Translations under genes and position numbers: made by a program | Shown: in pieces, positions 1-13,385 of the stretch | How positions within the stretch are numbered: the stretch's first letter is position 1 | Layout of the letters: every line of letters starts with the position of its first letter | Assembly (NCBI RefSeq): GCF_006345805.1 | Contig: NC_043014.1 | Span: 54,498,001-54,562,000, forward strand | Direction of reading: 5' to 3' | Length of the DNA stretch: 64,000 nt | Source of the DNA: Octopus sinensis | Lineage: Eukaryota | The notes under the pieces: model-generated | What the model saw: only the letters and a program-made list of their open reading frames with translations | Databases searched by the model: none | Told to the model about the DNA's origin: nothing

Positions 1-2084
1 AATGGAATCACAACAATGGACAGTTCCTGGCCCCCTGGAACAAATATTTTAATTCTTATTATTAAGGTGGTGGATTTGGCAGAATTGTTAACGCGACGGA
101 CAAAAAAATCCTTCTAGTATTTTGTCATGACTCTCACGTTCTGAGTTCAAATTACTCCGAGGTCAATTTTAACTTTCATCTCCTGCCCCTGGGGTCAATG
201 TACTTAACTAAACCCTTCCCCAAAAATCACTGAATAACTAGAAAGCTTATTAAGGCGATGGAATGGTATCCGAGTGTCGGTATTTGCGCTACCCCCCACG
301 TCCTGAGTTCAAATTCCCCCTGACGAGGTCGATAAAGTAGAATACCCATCAAGTGCTGGAATCGATGTGATCGATTAATCATTTCTAAGTTTCTGACTTT
401 GTGCATGTTTTAGAAGCAATTATCAACTTCCAACGTTACGTTACGGGTTCAAATCCCACCAAGGGTGTGTGCAAAGAATACTGAAGATCATTTAATTGAC
501 GGCATACACCCTAGAAATTGTGTTGGAAATAATGATTATATTGGTATATATTGTAATAACATCCAGTTTTGTATTTGTCCACAGTGTTTTGGATCCTTGT
601 AACTAATAAGCTAAAATATTACCATCATCAGTACTTGATCATGCTTTTGTATTCGTTTAGGCATTTAATGCTGATCGATCCTAGAATATTTCTGGTTAGG
701 ATTAGAATTATTCTATCGACCCCCGTCTAATGCGTTTAATAGGGAACGAAGTACTTTGGAATGCTGTGATGGGTTTATTATGGATATCTGTGAATGTTTG
801 TTGATTAGATGATGGTTCTATTACCAAAATCGTCCCAGACATACCATTCTGTTTTTGTATTTTTGTTTGTTTGTTGTTGTTGATGTTTAGTAAATGATGG
901 ACCACATCATCGAACGTGTCCTTCTTTTCCTACGACACGTTAGATATGGTTGCTATTTCCAGCAGACCGAGCAACCGCACATGAACTTCCAAAAGGTACT
1001 GGAGTTTTGTTGTTTGTTGTTTAGCTCCATGTCGGCTCTGATCAAGAAGATGTCTACGATGAAAAGCATTCCAGCCATGACAGTCTCTTCTAAGGCAGTA
1101 GGGAGATATTTCACTGCTATTTCTAGCGACCATATAGTAGTAGCTCCCGGATAACAGATGTTGTTCTTTAGCCCTGGATAGCAGCTGATCGGACAGAGTT
1201 ATGATCGAAGACATTCCAACCGTGACCAACACATGATTTAGTGATACCTGGAACTACATTTTTTTAATGTGCCTGATCCTTTACACACACACACACACAC
1301 ACGATACTGTAGGGTGTATTTCGAGAGAAATTTGCGGTTGTTGGTTTTTGGATCCCCTAAAAATATAATTGTATCTCCTTATTTGCTGTTAATTTTTTTC
1401 TCTATCTCCCTTCTTTTCCTATCTTTACACACTCGGACAGTTTAATAAAAGCCATGGCCTCTTTAATCGCTTTTCATTACAATTATAATAAAGAGACCAG
1501 TGTATACAACATGCGACGGTAAAATGCTTTGTAAAGTGCTTTCTATGTTATAAGCTATTCAATATGTGATAGACTTTACAATTGAATTCATAGTAAACGT
1601 GTTGACAACGTGTGCTAATTAACTAAAGTGAACCAAGTATCTGACATACTGATAGAGAGAGAGAGAGATTAATAATAGTATAAATAAAGAAAGCAATTAC
1701 TCTTTTACTTTCAAAAGGGGGAGTCCGGGAACCGAAGCAAAAAAAAATTTACCGATTTGGCTGCTATTTCCAGCGCACCCAAAGACCAGTTATGGACACA
1801 CCCCTCACCCTCAGATACGAGTGGGTTTTGGTGTTGTTTGTTTGACAGTTGTCAAATAGTTAAAATATAAAAAAAAGGCGAAGATAAATTGTCAGATAAA
1901 AAAAAAAAAAGCGACAAAGGTGGTTTTTTGGAGGATGACCTTTATTTGAACTTTGATTGCTTTTAGAGCAGCACCGCCTTTGATAGCTCAGACCTCTTTG
2001 ATTGAAAGGGGTACAGCACCAAGTCGATTGGCAAAATATGTATTCCTCATTTACCCCAGATTATTCCTAAACGACTTTGAATCG

Positions 2085-2218
2085 AATTTGGCAACCTTTC
2101 GGTATTAGTAGACGGCACCTTCTTTTTTAGCCTGATCTTTTTAATTATGCCATAAAGGAACGTTGTTATAAGGGTGAATGACGTCGTCTACTGATACCGA
2201 AAGATTTGCCTCAAATTT
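2085..2218. repeat. Short fold-back, arms of about 35 bp
   Basis: AATTTGGCAACCTTTCGGTATTAGTAGACGGC pairs with GTCGTCTACTGATACCGAAAGATTTGCC. Confidence 0.6.
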
Positions 2219-2509
2219 AATTATATCTATCAAGGTCATACACGCTCACACAATTGTATGTGTGCGCGCTTTCGTCTGTGAATTCTTTTCCCGAATTGTT
2301 TTTTGAAGATTTCAACACAGTTTTCCTTAAAAGATCCTGAACATGTCCGACTATATATGCATGCGCGTGTGTGTGTTTGTAATTAATTAATCACTCCCTA
2401 TTTAAACGATGATGATGATGATGATGATATGTATGTTGTTCATACACCTGTCTTCGTCTTTTGTTCTTTAAATTTCAACTATATATATATGTGTGTATAT
2501 ATACACATA

Positions 2510-3485
2510 TGTTACGGTGGAAGTTTATTAATGTAACGATTGAGTCATCAATTTGCAACGGTTGAAATTATTTTGTAAACAATAGTTATGGAACGTCGGA
2601 ATCGTAACCAGTTAGTAAGGATTGGTTGTCACTTGATTCCTGTTATGTAAAAAGATGAAAGAACAGTGATTGAAGTTGTAAAGAAAATATTTATTTTACT
2701 GTTACATTGTAAAATACCTTACCTCAATGGGCAGGTGATAAAATCGTAAAGCATGCAAAGTTAAAGATAGATGTCGTAGATTTTCCTTGTATAGTTTGTG
2801 TTCGTGTTCTTGTCATTTGCGTCGTAGTAATTACAGATAGAAATAAAATTCTAAGAAGAAAGTGAGCTGAGAGAGTCGAGGGAAGTTGTCTGGCACAGTT
2901 GCTGATTGTAACTTTTTTTTTCCCTCTGGCTGTTTGTCTTTAGTAGTGGAGGCGCAATGGCCCAGTGGTTAGGGCAGCGAACTCGCGGTCATAGGATCGC
3001 GGTTTCGATTCCCAGACCGGGCGTTGTGAGTGTTTATTGAGCGAAAACACCTAAAAGCTCCACGAGGCTCCGGCAGGGGATGGTGGTGATCCCTGCTGTA
3101 CTCTTTCACCACAACTTTCTCTCACTCTTACTTCCTGTTTCTGTTGTACCTGTACTTCAAAGGGCCGGCCTTGTCACTCTCTGTGTCACGCTGAATATCC
3201 CCGAGAACTACGTTAAGGGTGTCTGTGGAGTGCTCGGCCACTTACATGTTAATTTCACGAGCAGGCTGTTCCGTTGATTCGGATCAACCAGAACCCTCAT
3301 CGTCGTAACCGACGGAGTGCTAAGAGTGTCTTTAGTGGCTGCCTTGCCTGTGACCATAATTATCAGTTCACTAACTAATGGTCGCGCTCACTAACCATCT
3401 TCTCACTAACTCGGTTGTCACCAACTGACTAACTTATTTCTTTTCTTGTCAACGAATGACTCACTCACAGAGAGGGGACAATACA
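2510..3485. mobile_element. Possible solo LTR or unclassified element interrupted by the family C SINE
   Basis: Begins TGTTA right after a microsatellite and ends ...AATACA. No matching TSD was found. Confidence 0.25.
2948..3326 (+). mobile_element. tRNA-derived SINE (family C, head GGAGGCGCAATGGCCCAGTGGTTAGGGCAGC)
   Basis: A box TGGCCCAGTGG and B box GGTTTCGATTCC are present. The 10-bp TSD TGTCTTTAGT lies at 2935-2944 and 3327-3336. A diverged relative is at about 15290-15600. Confidence 0.85.
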
Positions 3486-3639
3486 ATAATACATTTAGGT
3501 TTGGGACTTCACGGAAATCGGAATATGAAATTGGAAAAAAAAATCGAATGGTCTAATGAAATCGAGAATCGTATAAAATTTCTGTTATTATATTTTCGTG
3601 TTCGACCCGCCAGTGTTTTTTCCCCACCTTTTTCTGCTT

Positions 3640-4425
3640 ATTAATTTTCATTTCTGATTAGACCAGCTACACCAGCACGGCTCCATTCGCTCTCAACTTC
3701 CTTACAACATTCGTCCATCTTTTCACAAACGTGCTTCGAGTCAGGCACCTCTTCTCCTGGCTAATCTTTTTAGATAGGTGGTAGATAAAAAGACCAACCA
3801 ATCCACGTCCAGATATGAAGTTACCTGCCTCAATTCCTCTTCCACGCGTCATCCATACTGTTTCTTTCAGTATGGCTACAACGCAGAAAAATGACGCCTC
3901 CTTTTCCTTATTAAAGGAGGGAGGAGGCACAACCTTAATGATAGACTCAGTCGATAACCGTACTCGTTTCGCATCTGACACCAGTGGTTCGACATAGGTT
4001 ATCAGTTCCCTTAATCCTTCAAAATGTACGAAGGCGTGCGTGACAGTTTCACTGACACGCCCACACCTCAGGCATGGGCGGGATACTGGCACCATGCCAT
4101 GACAACTTTTCTTGAACTGTCAGGGCCAATCGGTAGCACAACCAGGCCAGCGATTTCTGGAAGTTGTCCAGATACCTCGGCCTGACTGTTCTTCCGAACA
4201 GGTTGACAAGCTGTTCCTCATCGAAGCCTAGAGTCTCTCCCAGGACATCATTGGACATATGCTCTACCAACCCGCTATAAAAATCTGCAGAGGTAACCCT
4301 ACTGCCGGTATTGCTCGCCCAGGAAAACAGAGTAAGTGCATTCCTGCACTCCCTCTGCCATACACTCATTTTTGGTCTCCACGTGATCCATGATCCTACG
4401 TCCCACGGGGACGTCAAATGTGACA
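3640..4425 (-). mobile_element. L1/Tx1-clade LINE 3' fragment, frameshifted
   Basis: Two overlapping ORFs give QKSLAWLCYRLALTV...CLRCGRVSETVTHAFVHF...KETVWMTR, the C-terminal CCHC (zf-RVT) region of L1/Tx1 ORF2. Confidence 0.75.
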
Positions 4426-4429
4426 GGAA

Positions 4430-5170
4430 GAACAACTGCTTCTATATGAGATCTAAATCATCTACATGCTCAAATCAAGTGGTCCTGATTCATTTTGGAC
4501 ATTACTCTGACTATGGCAGCTTTCAAAGAATCTTTGGTGTTATGGGTATGTTCAGTGACCTCTCTCTCGACAACACTCTGCATGTAATAGTCCAATGAAT
4601 CGAGATCTGGGGAATTAGGAGGCCAAATGTTAGGGGTTATGTGATCACAAATATTTCCAGCCATCCATTCCTGTGTTACTAGAGTCATGTGTGATAGTGC
4701 AGAGTCTTACTGAAACACATATGGCCTTCCATTGCATACACTGTCTATCTAGGGCTTAATTGTTTCCAGGATCTCAATGTAGGCAGCAGAGTTAACTCTA
4801 AGGCCTTGTGGAAAGAAGTAAGGAGGCATCACATGTCCTTCATTGCTGACAACCCCTAAAACCAGGACAGTTGCAGGAAATTTTGCATGCATAACACTTG
4901 GAAGTTCAGAAGGGTCTGCACATAACTATTTGTCATTTCTTCTGTTAACTTTTTGATCTTGGTTGAAGTTTTTCTCATTTGAGAAAAACCAAATCAAATC
5001 TGCTGGATTTTTCAGTTTGTTTAAAAGCCTTTTAGATCTGATGTCGTGATTTTCTTTGGCTTTTTCTGACAAATTGACCTTTCCTCATCATATAAGACTT
5101 ATAATCTGATATCTTCATGGACAACATTTCTGACTGTTCCTTCTGACACTTGGAGATCTTTTGCAATGGA
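4430..5170 (-). mobile_element. Tc1/mariner-superfamily transposase remnant (maT/DD37D-like)
   Basis: Contains WPPNSPDLDSLDYY, and upstream VLGVVSNEGHVMPPYFFPQGLRVNSAAYIEILE, with stop codons. Confidence 0.8.
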
Positions 5171-5399
5171 CCTCACGGACTTTCTGGGATTGTAATCAAT
5201 AGTCTGTTGAACTTGCTGGATAAATTCAGGTGTTCTGATGATTTCAGAGCGTTTAGAATGTCATTTATGCTGTGATATTGGTGATATATGTATGTGAATA
5301 CACATACACATACACAGTGGTATACACATACACAGTGTATTCCATACACTGTGTATTCCATATACTGTGTATTCCATACACAGTGGGAATACACAGGGG

Positions 5400-6300
5400 T
5401 ATTCCCACTGTGTATGGATTGATTGTCTCTTTAATTTTGGCTCAAAGTGATGAAGCCAGCACTCATCCTGGTTTAGGAAAGATTCAAAGAAACCAGCTGT
5501 ATTGGTCTCGTACAGGGTCAGATCTTTCTGTGATGTGATCAGCTTGGTGTGCTTTAGATCAGGTGTTAGAAGACATTGCACCCACCAAGCAGAAGCCTTT
5601 GTCATGCCAAGTTTGTCATGTAGAATATTCTCAGCTCTCTTACAAGATATTCTAATGGCATTGGCTATTTGATGTATAGTCAGTTGCCTGTCATCTGTCA
5701 GCATGTGGTGAACACAATCAATGTCTTCTCGGCAGTGGCAGCTGCAGGCCATCCAGTCCCTGGAACATCTTCAAGACTCTTCCTCCCCCTTCTAAACCCA
5801 GCTGCCTACCTTTGCACTGTTGATAAAGTTGGAGCGTAATTCCTCAATGCAGCTACCTATTTCTTTACTACCCACAAGGGGCTAAACATAGAGAGGACAA
5901 ACAAGGACAGACAAAGGGATTAAGTTGATTACATCGACCCCAATGCGAAACTGGTACTTTATTTATCGACCCCGAAAGGACGAAAGGCAAAGTCAACCTC
6001 GGTGGAATTTGAACTCAGAACGTAGCGGCAGACAAAATACGGCTACGCATTTTGCCCGGCGTGCTAACGTTTCTGCCAGCTCACCGCCCTAATGCAGCTA
6101 CCATGTCAGCATTGAATCTCCCAGAAGTCTAAACCATTTTTCTGCCAGTACTTGATAACACACCACAGTGCCAAATTTTGTCCTTGTTCAAGAGATATTG
6201 CTACTAGTTACTTTTGAAGCCGCCTCCTTTGACCAGTCGGATGTCAGTTTACCTGGGAAGAAACAATGCTGTTATTAATAAGAAAAGCTGAAATAAATGC
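5400..6300 (-). mobile_element. Mariner transposase remnant (HTH region to first D motif), split by a SINE
   Basis: Contains DDRQLTIHQIANAIRISCKRAENILHDKLGMTKASAWWV...DECWLHHFEPKLKRQS. The N-terminal part resumes after 6102. Confidence 0.8.
5858..6090 (-). mobile_element. tRNA-derived SINE family A (GGCGGTGAGCTGGCAGAAACGTTAGCAC head, Deu/Nin-like core GCCTTTCATCCTTTCGGGGTCGATAAATAAGTACC)
   Basis: The 12-bp TSD AATGCAGCTACC lies at 5846-5857 and 6091-6102. Other copies are at about 65-420 (+, old), 33050-33650 (-), 39725-40131 (-) and 45725-45910 (+). Confidence 0.85.
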
Positions 6301-6354
6301 ATGCAAGATTTCACAGCGCTAGCTTCACTCCTTCATAGTCAGCCTATGAACTTT

Positions 6355-6640
6355 TCAGTCAACCCTTGTATGTGTAAAGCTGTATACTTGAAAGGTAAGA
6401 GAGTCCAGTTTGCTGGACATCGTTGTAGAGCTGAAAAAGAGGTAATTTCTACTCTTCTCCTCTGGAAGCCATCTACTCGCAATACCAGAGGGCGCACGCT
6501 CTCCTACCCTGATGTGATCTCCAGGGATGTGGGCATCCAGCGACGGGACCTCCGTGGTGCTGTGATGGACCGTGAAGTCTGGCATAGCATGGTAAATTCC
6601 ATTGTCTCGACCACGGTCGAACAATGATGATGATGATGTA
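6355..6640 (+). mobile_element. RTE-clade LINE 3' end with (TGA)n tail; second copy at 46503-46700 (-)
   Basis: Contains VQFAGHRCRAEKEVISTLLLWKP..RGRTLSYPDVISRD..AVMDREVW, the RTE C-terminal pattern, followed by TGATGATGA. Confidence 0.8.
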
Positions 6641-7899
6641 TACTTGAACCTATATTGAAATGTATAAAAAACTTCCATGCTTTCTGAGATTCGCCAACAC
6701 TACACCTGATTTTCTCCCCTCCATACACACACAAAAGCATGTATCTTTGTTTGCTTTCCAGACATTTGCACATTACTACATGTGCTTTATATGCACTGTC
6801 TGACAAGAGTTATGTGGTGCACCTGAGCACTGTATACAATAATTTCATTATATTATATTAAATAGAACATTAATCAACTGCCCTTCCCCCTCAGATTATT
6901 AGGAAATGATTCTCTCTGAACTGGTTTTATTCTTTTGCTTATAGCTCTTCTCAGCCAGACCTGACCTTCAACTAAATTACAGTCACACAGGCATGCACAA
7001 ATATGTGTGTTTGTGCCATTAGTAAGTTACAGGGTGTATATGAATATTGTGCTCTAAATTCATGTTTCTAAATACCTTTTATTTCCAACCTATGTTGTCT
7101 GTAGCTCCATTGATCATGTGATCTACTTTGTCATGTGATCTACAAGGAAGATTGCTTTAAGTTACTTTAAAAATTATTTTGTACACACTTAGCATTGTAA
7201 ATGTATTTTTTCAAATTTTCTTATTATTTTAATAATAATAAAACCATATAATAATTAAATTAAGCAGGTAGATCATCCACCAAATTAAATTTGCGCATGT
7301 AAAGCAATCGTGGCCGCTGCCAGCCTCCCCTGGCACCTGTGCCGGTGGCATGTAAAAAGCACCCACAACACTCACGGAGTGGTTGGCATTAGGAAGGACA
7401 TCCAGCCGTAGAAACACTGTCAGATCAGACTGGAGCCTGGAGCAGCCCCTGGCTTCCCAGACCCCGGTCGAACCATCCAACCTGTGCTAGCATGGAAAAG
7501 GATGTTAAACGATGATGATGATGATGATGTAGATAACATGGAAAGTAGTATTAATACAAGGTAAACTAAAAAGTAACCAAAAGTAATCTCCCTTTAAATT
7601 GTAGATCACACACCAAAGTGGCACCTTCCTCTGTCTTAAGAAATGATGTGAATTTAGTGGTTTCTTGCAAAAATGCAACAGCCTTCGTCTCGTTGCTGAT
7701 CACATTGTAAAAATCTTTAGCTAACATCTTATAGGCTTTTAAAAATTGCAAAGTAAACTAAAATGTAACCTAAAGTAATCTCCCTTGTCAATCACACACC
7801 AAAGTAGCACTAACTTATTGCCTACACACTGTAAAGATGTTTAATGATATACCGTGAATATTTTCCCCATTCAACTGTTTCTATCCTCTGCTCATCAAA

Positions 7900-8220
7900 G
7901 TTGTCTAATGACCCTAAAGGGGTCATCAGACAGCTATTTGCCCATTCTGGCCAATTGTAGTTTGGATGGTGAAGCAGTGAGAAGGATGGGGCTTCAGTTG
8001 TTTGGTGTGTAATGCAGAGGAGAGAAATATAAACAAATGCAGGGGCCTACTCAGCCGCCATCAGTTTGTGCCACTCGCCACCGAGCCCTCAGGTATTCTT
8101 GGACCCGGCTCTGCCAATTTCCTTTGCAAAATTGGGCTAACTGTGGCCCATCTGAGAAATGAGCCCCAAGAGGTGTGTTGGTTGCTACTGCAAGTGTCTC
8201 TGGCCGGTCTTCACAGAATT
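7900..8220 (+). mobile_element. CRE-like non-LTR retrotransposon endonuclease remnant
   Basis: FVPLATEPSGILGPGSANFLCKIG resembles the FxPxxxExxGxxG motif of RLE-type elements. Confidence 0.55.
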
Positions 8221-8436
8221 ACCCGTGTGTGTGTGTATGGATCATCCTATTTTCATGTCCATCTTCCGTGCTGGCCTGGGTTGGACAGTTTCACAAGATC
8301 TGACGGATCCAAGGACTGCATCATACTCCATTGTCTGCTTTGGCACAACTTGTATGGTTGGATGCACTTCCTAATGTCACCTCTTTACAGAGAAAGAATG
8401 TGTATGTATGTATGTGTGTGTGTGTGTGTGTGTATG

Positions 8437-8474
<38 letters not shown>

Positions 8475-8555
8475 GTTTCAAAATATGACCTTGTGTGTAC
8501 CGTTGGCGATTTTTTTCCCTCTGTCTTCCCTTCTCTGGATCTTTCCTTCTCCTAT

Positions 8556-8590
8556 GTTTCCGATGAAGAGCTCCGCTCGAAACGTTAAAC
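8556..8590 (+). ncRNA. Minimal hammerhead variant (CCGAUGA core) in a short element of about 200 bp between (TA)n tracts (about 8472-8690)
   Basis: Reads GUUU CCGAUGA A GAGC-ucc-GCUC GAAA CG UU AAAC. Stem I is GUUU/AAAC and the stem III position holds the palindrome AACGUU. Confidence 0.65.
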
Positions 8591-9313
8591 CCTCCTTCTT
8601 CCCTTCTTTCCTGAGCATCCAATAATACTATACTTGTTCCACGTCCTTGCGTTGTTGTGTTTTTTTGTGTTTTCTTGTTTGGACTAACTTTATATATATA
8701 TATACATACATACATACATAAGATACAATTCATGGATGCTCTGGCTGTCGAAACTCAGCCAGATCAAGATTGGAGCCTGGTGCAGCCATCTGGTTCGCCA
8801 GCCCTCAGTCAAAATCATCCAACCCATGCTAGCATGGAAAGCGGACGTTAAACGATGAAGAAGATGATGATTTCATCAAATCTTTAAGCCCAACCCCTTG
8901 TAAAAAATACCCAGTTCCCTCTGGAATGGGGCTGACATTAGGAAGGGCATCCAGCTGTTGGAAAATGCCAAAACAGACAATAGGATCCTGGGGCAGCTCT
9001 CTGGCTTGCCAGCTCCTGTCAAACCGTCCAACCCATGCCAGCATGGAAAATGGACGTTAAATGATGATGAGGATAATTTCTAGCTGCTGCTGTTAAGTTT
9101 AATGTGGGAAAAGTTTTAATACCAGTCACACAGGTGGTAAGCATAAATCGCATTTGCAACGGAAACCAGTTCTTTTGGGGAAATAAACTCTCTTTCTCTC
9201 TCTCACACACACACACATACACACACACACACACATACTCACACACACATACACACTCACACAAACACACACACACACACAAACACACACAAACACACAC
9301 ACACAAACAACAC

Positions 9314-9370
<57 letters not shown>

Positions 9371-9635
9371 CACCACACACACACACAAACACACAATAAC
9401 CTAATTCTTGTTTCAACCTGATACTTCTTGCTTCTTTTTTTTTTTTTTTTATCTGTCATCTTACACAGGAAGGTGGGAACATGAGGACCAAAAGAGCTGT
9501 CTGTGTGCATGGAACAAATTGCCACGTCTGCTTTTTCTAGGAGAATGAGTGACCATGTAGAAGAGCCCTTGTCAGAAGTTTATCAGTGGTTGTGTTTGTG
9601 GTTCCTGGTGTAAATTAAGAAACCAAGTTATAAAG

Positions 9636-9666
<31 letters not shown>

Positions 9667-9667
9667 T

Positions 9668-9974
9668 CATCATCATCATCGTTTAACGTCCGTTCTCCAT
9701 GCTAGCATGGGTTGGACGGTTCGACCGGGGATCTGGGAAGCCAGAAGGCTGCACCAGGCTCCAGTCTGATCTGGCAGTGTTTCTACAGCTGGATGCCCTT
9801 CCTAACGCCAACCACTCCGTGAGTGTAGTGGGTGCTTTTTACGTGCCACCTGCACTGGTGCCAGGCGAGGCTGGCATCGGCCACGGTCGGATTGGTGCAT
9901 TTTACGTGCCACCTGCACGGAAGCCAGTCGAGGCGACACTGGCTTCGGCCACGATTCGGATGGTGCTTTTTACG

Positions 9975-9978
<4 letters not shown>
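9668..9978 (-). mobile_element. SINE family D (Meta-domain-like core GGTTGGCGTTAGGAAGGGCATCCAGC, (GAT)n tail)
   Basis: Many copies: about 7305-7530 (+), 8735-9070 (+), 18105-18235 (-), 24100-24620 (-), 30845-31360 (+), 34892-35048 (-), 35972-36570 (-), 42120-42490 (-), 44530-45027 (+), 47370-47518 (+) and 60478-60725 (-). Confidence 0.8.
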
Positions 9979-10009
<31 letters not shown>

Positions 10010-11397
10010 CGTGACCGACCAGGCTATCAGATGTTGCTACACATCGCTGGTCACAATGCGCTTTGCATTGTTTTAGCCTTCAATGACGCCACCCCGCTGG
10101 CTAAGCAAGCAGGCCAACAGAAGAAAGATGTGGTTTGTAAACTGGGAAACCTTCACCAACATCGTGGTGAAGAAAGAATGGTTATATGAAAGCAAACTCA
10201 ATTTCATCCACCCCAGGCAGATAAATAAATAAATAAATAATAATAATCATGTAGATGTGCAGTTCCAGGCAGTTATTGACCTGTTGAATGGTCCCATTGA
10301 TCCCCAGGGGTTGATATCGACCAGTTTGGAGACCCCTGCTTTAAAACATTGAATTTGTTTTATAGATTAGGGGTTAATCTCATGTGGATTGGTTTCAAAA
10401 AAGGTTTCTTTTCCAGGCAGCTGGAACTAAGGTGCATTTTCATCATGCCAAACCCCAAATTTCTGTACCCCTTCCCCCTTTAACTGCCTAACCCCTAACC
10501 CCGTTTTCAGAAAACTTTTGCAGACTTTTGACCAAGGGACATAACTCTTGATAGCGCATTTATTAGGTTCGTTTCGTCTATTTTACACAGCACCCACAAA
10601 CTGGTTTTCGTATTTCACCTCCAGTAATGGAAAGCGGTCACCATATTTCCCCCCATAACTGCCAGCTCTGATAAGCACACGGTATTACATAACTGTGTTG
10701 TTATATAACTTATGTAGGTCCTTGGTGTTACATTTCTGTGTTCCTGCCAATGGCATCAATCGAGTTGGGTGGACTTTGCCCCCCGCATCAGGGTGTGAAA
10801 GTCTAACATGACCTGTTTTTGTGGTGCTATGTTGTTGACCATCAGAAAGACATCCTAACAAGCAAAATAAAAGCCTTGTGTGTCTGTAACAAGCTTCAAA
10901 ACCTCTAGCAATCAAATATTTCAAAATCAATTAGGTCAGGCCTTCTTCAAGGCATCTATACAGAGTTTTTTTCTCAATGAAGCTGAAATCAGCCGTGAAA
11001 AAGGAGAACTTCCAAATCACTTTGATGGTATGTACATCAGGCTTTGCATAAGAACTCAAAACATCTTATAGCATGGGCTAAAGACAAAAAGAAGATTTGT
11101 AAACACACTCCACCCACCTCTTTCCCTAACAAACAAACCTATCAGTTGTTTGTAGAGAGTGTCTAGTTATTAATTACTGCTCTAAAAATTCAATGTTCTT
11201 TCTTTGATGCTTACAAGTCTCTTAATTTTCACATAAGCATCCAGATGTTTCTATAATCTGTGGGAATAAATTATTCTAATTTCTTTAAAAAAAGAAACTG
11301 CTACTAATTCAGCTGTTGCTGGTTTCATCTGGAATTCTCTCTCTCATATTCTCATATATATGTTTGTGTGTGTGTGTGTGTTTGTATATATGTATGT

Positions 11398-11789
11398 TTT
11401 TTACTCTTTTACTTGTTTCAGTCATTTGACTGCAGCCATGCTGGAACACCGCCTTTAGTCGAGCAAATCGACGCCCAGGACTTATTCTTTGTAAGCCCAG
11501 TACTTATTCTATCAGTCTATCTTTGTGCCGAACCGCTAAGTTAAGGGGACATAAACACACCAGCATCGGTTGTCAAGCGATGTTGGGGGGGTACAAACAC
11601 ACACACACACACATATATATATATATGCGACGGGCTTCTTTCAGTTTCCATCTACCAAATCCACTCACAAGGCTTTGGTCGGCCCGAGGCTATAGTAGAA
11701 GACACTTGCCCAAGGTGCCACGCAGTGGGACTGAACCCGGAGCCATGTGGTTGGTAAGCAAGCTACTTACCACACAGCCACTCCTGCGC
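11398..11789 (-). mobile_element. tRNA-derived SINE family B (GGCGCAGGAGTGGCTGTGTGGTAAGTAGC head, CORE-like ACCTTGGGCAAGTG, internal microsatellite, (AAAAGAGT)n tail)
   Basis: Near-identical copies at 12585-12988 (-), 14095-14478 (+), 14720-15128 (-), 18286-18688 (-), 24955-25366 (-), 27193-27530 (+), 28149-28566 (-), 30449-30836 (-) and 39045-39522 (+). Older copies at about 13905-14062, 16050-16460, 25560-25712 and 26350-26518. Confidence 0.9.
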
Positions 11790-11903
11790 ATATATATATA
11801 TGTGTATATATATAGTTGAAACTTATAGAAAAACGAAAGACGAAGACAGGTGTATAAACAACAAGCTGGTGTATTAGTTTGATGCTTGGGAAAATGAAAA
11901 AGT

Positions 11904-11939
11904 CTTTTACGTTTTGAGCCTACGCTCTTCAACAGAAAG
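11904..11939 (-). ncRNA. Degenerate minimal hammerhead in a short element (about 11812-11945); related copy at 61352-61387 (-)
   Basis: Minus strand reads CUUU CUGUUGA A GAGC-guag-GCUC AAAA CG UA AAAG. The second copy reads CUUU CUGUCAA AGAAC-guag-GCUU GAAA CG UC AAAG. A tail of the same element also occurs at about 2440-2485. Confidence 0.55.
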
Positions 11940-13385
11940 GATCCCAGAATCTAGTGATTCCACTGCCATTTGTTATTGATACTTTTGTGTTTTGCAGCAC
12001 TGTGTGTCTATACGAGAAGCTTTCTCAAGATGACTACCACAGTATTGTGGCTTTCTTACAATCTTAAGTAGGATATACATCATGCTAATTTGAACTAACA
12101 CTGCATCATCCACAGCAAATAACGAACGATAACAATGGTATTGTTTGATTACTTTTATTGATTTATGTTTTTCTTTTAATGTCTCGATTGTGTTAACTTT
12201 TTCCACCTCCTTTTTGACCCCCGAAAGATGCTGGAAGCTAAAACAGCAATAAAACGAATAAATAGAATAAAATAAATACATTCACAAGAAGCAACCGAAA
12301 GACAATGAGAAGGAAAAGTGTATCATGTGTGAAGAAACACAAAAGATCATGTGTGAAGCCACACAGATACAATACAAAGCATATGTCATACACTCTGTGT
12401 GTGTGTGTGTGTGTGTGGATTGACGAATGTGTAAATCTTATCTCAAGAGCCAGTATCTAACTACAAGCTGTTTACATATTATTACTGCAACCTGTAGCTT
12501 AAGCAAATATAAAAAACCCCATAAATTTACCTATAAACAGTTGTAAACTTTTGTAGTTTAATATACTTTCTCTCTCTCTCTCTCACTTGTTTCAGTCATT
12601 TGACTGCGGCCATGCTGGAGCACCGCCTTTAGTCGAGCAAATCGACCCCGGGACTTATTCTTTTGTAAGCCCAGTACTTATTCTATCGGTCTATCTTTTG
12701 CCGAACCGCTAAGTGACGGGGACGTAAACACACCAGCATCGGTTGTCAAGCAATGCTAGGGGGACAAACACAGACACACAAACACACACACGCATATATA
12801 TATATATATATATATACATATATACGATGGGCTTCTTTCAGTTTCCGTCTACCAAATCCACTCACAAGGCTTTTGTCGGCCCGAGGCTATAGTAGAAGAC
12901 ACTTGCCCAAGGTGCCACGCAGTGGGACTGAACCTGGAACCATGTGGTTGGTAAACAAGCTACTTTATCACACAGCCACGCCTGCACCTATGTCTCTGTT
13001 TTAAATATTTCTCATGTTCTTTCAGCATTTATTGATCTATTGATCTGTTGTTGATCTGTTTATCTTCTTGCTTACTTGATAAACGAAAGTTGATTGACAG
13101 AAAAAGCAATATTTCTGGTGCTGTTCGCTTAACTGGAACGGCTTTGATGATATCAAAGCCATTCCAACAATGACCCTCCTATCTTTTTCTGATCTACAGG
13201 GAACCCAGAACCACGTTATCCATTATGTCCTTTTCTAAGATAATGGAATATGGTTCAAGGGACATGTGACTGCTTTTTCTAGGAGAATGAGTGACCATGT
13301 AGAAGAGCCCTTGTCAGAAGTTTATCAGTGGTTGTGTTTGTGACCCCTGGTGCAAATTAAGAAACCAAAGTTATATATATATATA

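Noticed and set aside
700-1260. Short ORFs at the window start as exons of a neighbouring gene
   Set aside because: No homology recognised, and they overlap SINE-tail-like motifs (GCTATTTCTAGC).
2948-3022. Possible tRNA gene
   Set aside because: It has A and B boxes but continues into a SINE body flanked by a TSD, and the acceptor stem does not close.
10500-12290. Non-microsatellite stretches with ORFs 10685-10930, 10880-11071 and 11973-12281
   Set aside because: No recognisable protein motif or consistent exon chain; probably old transposon debris.
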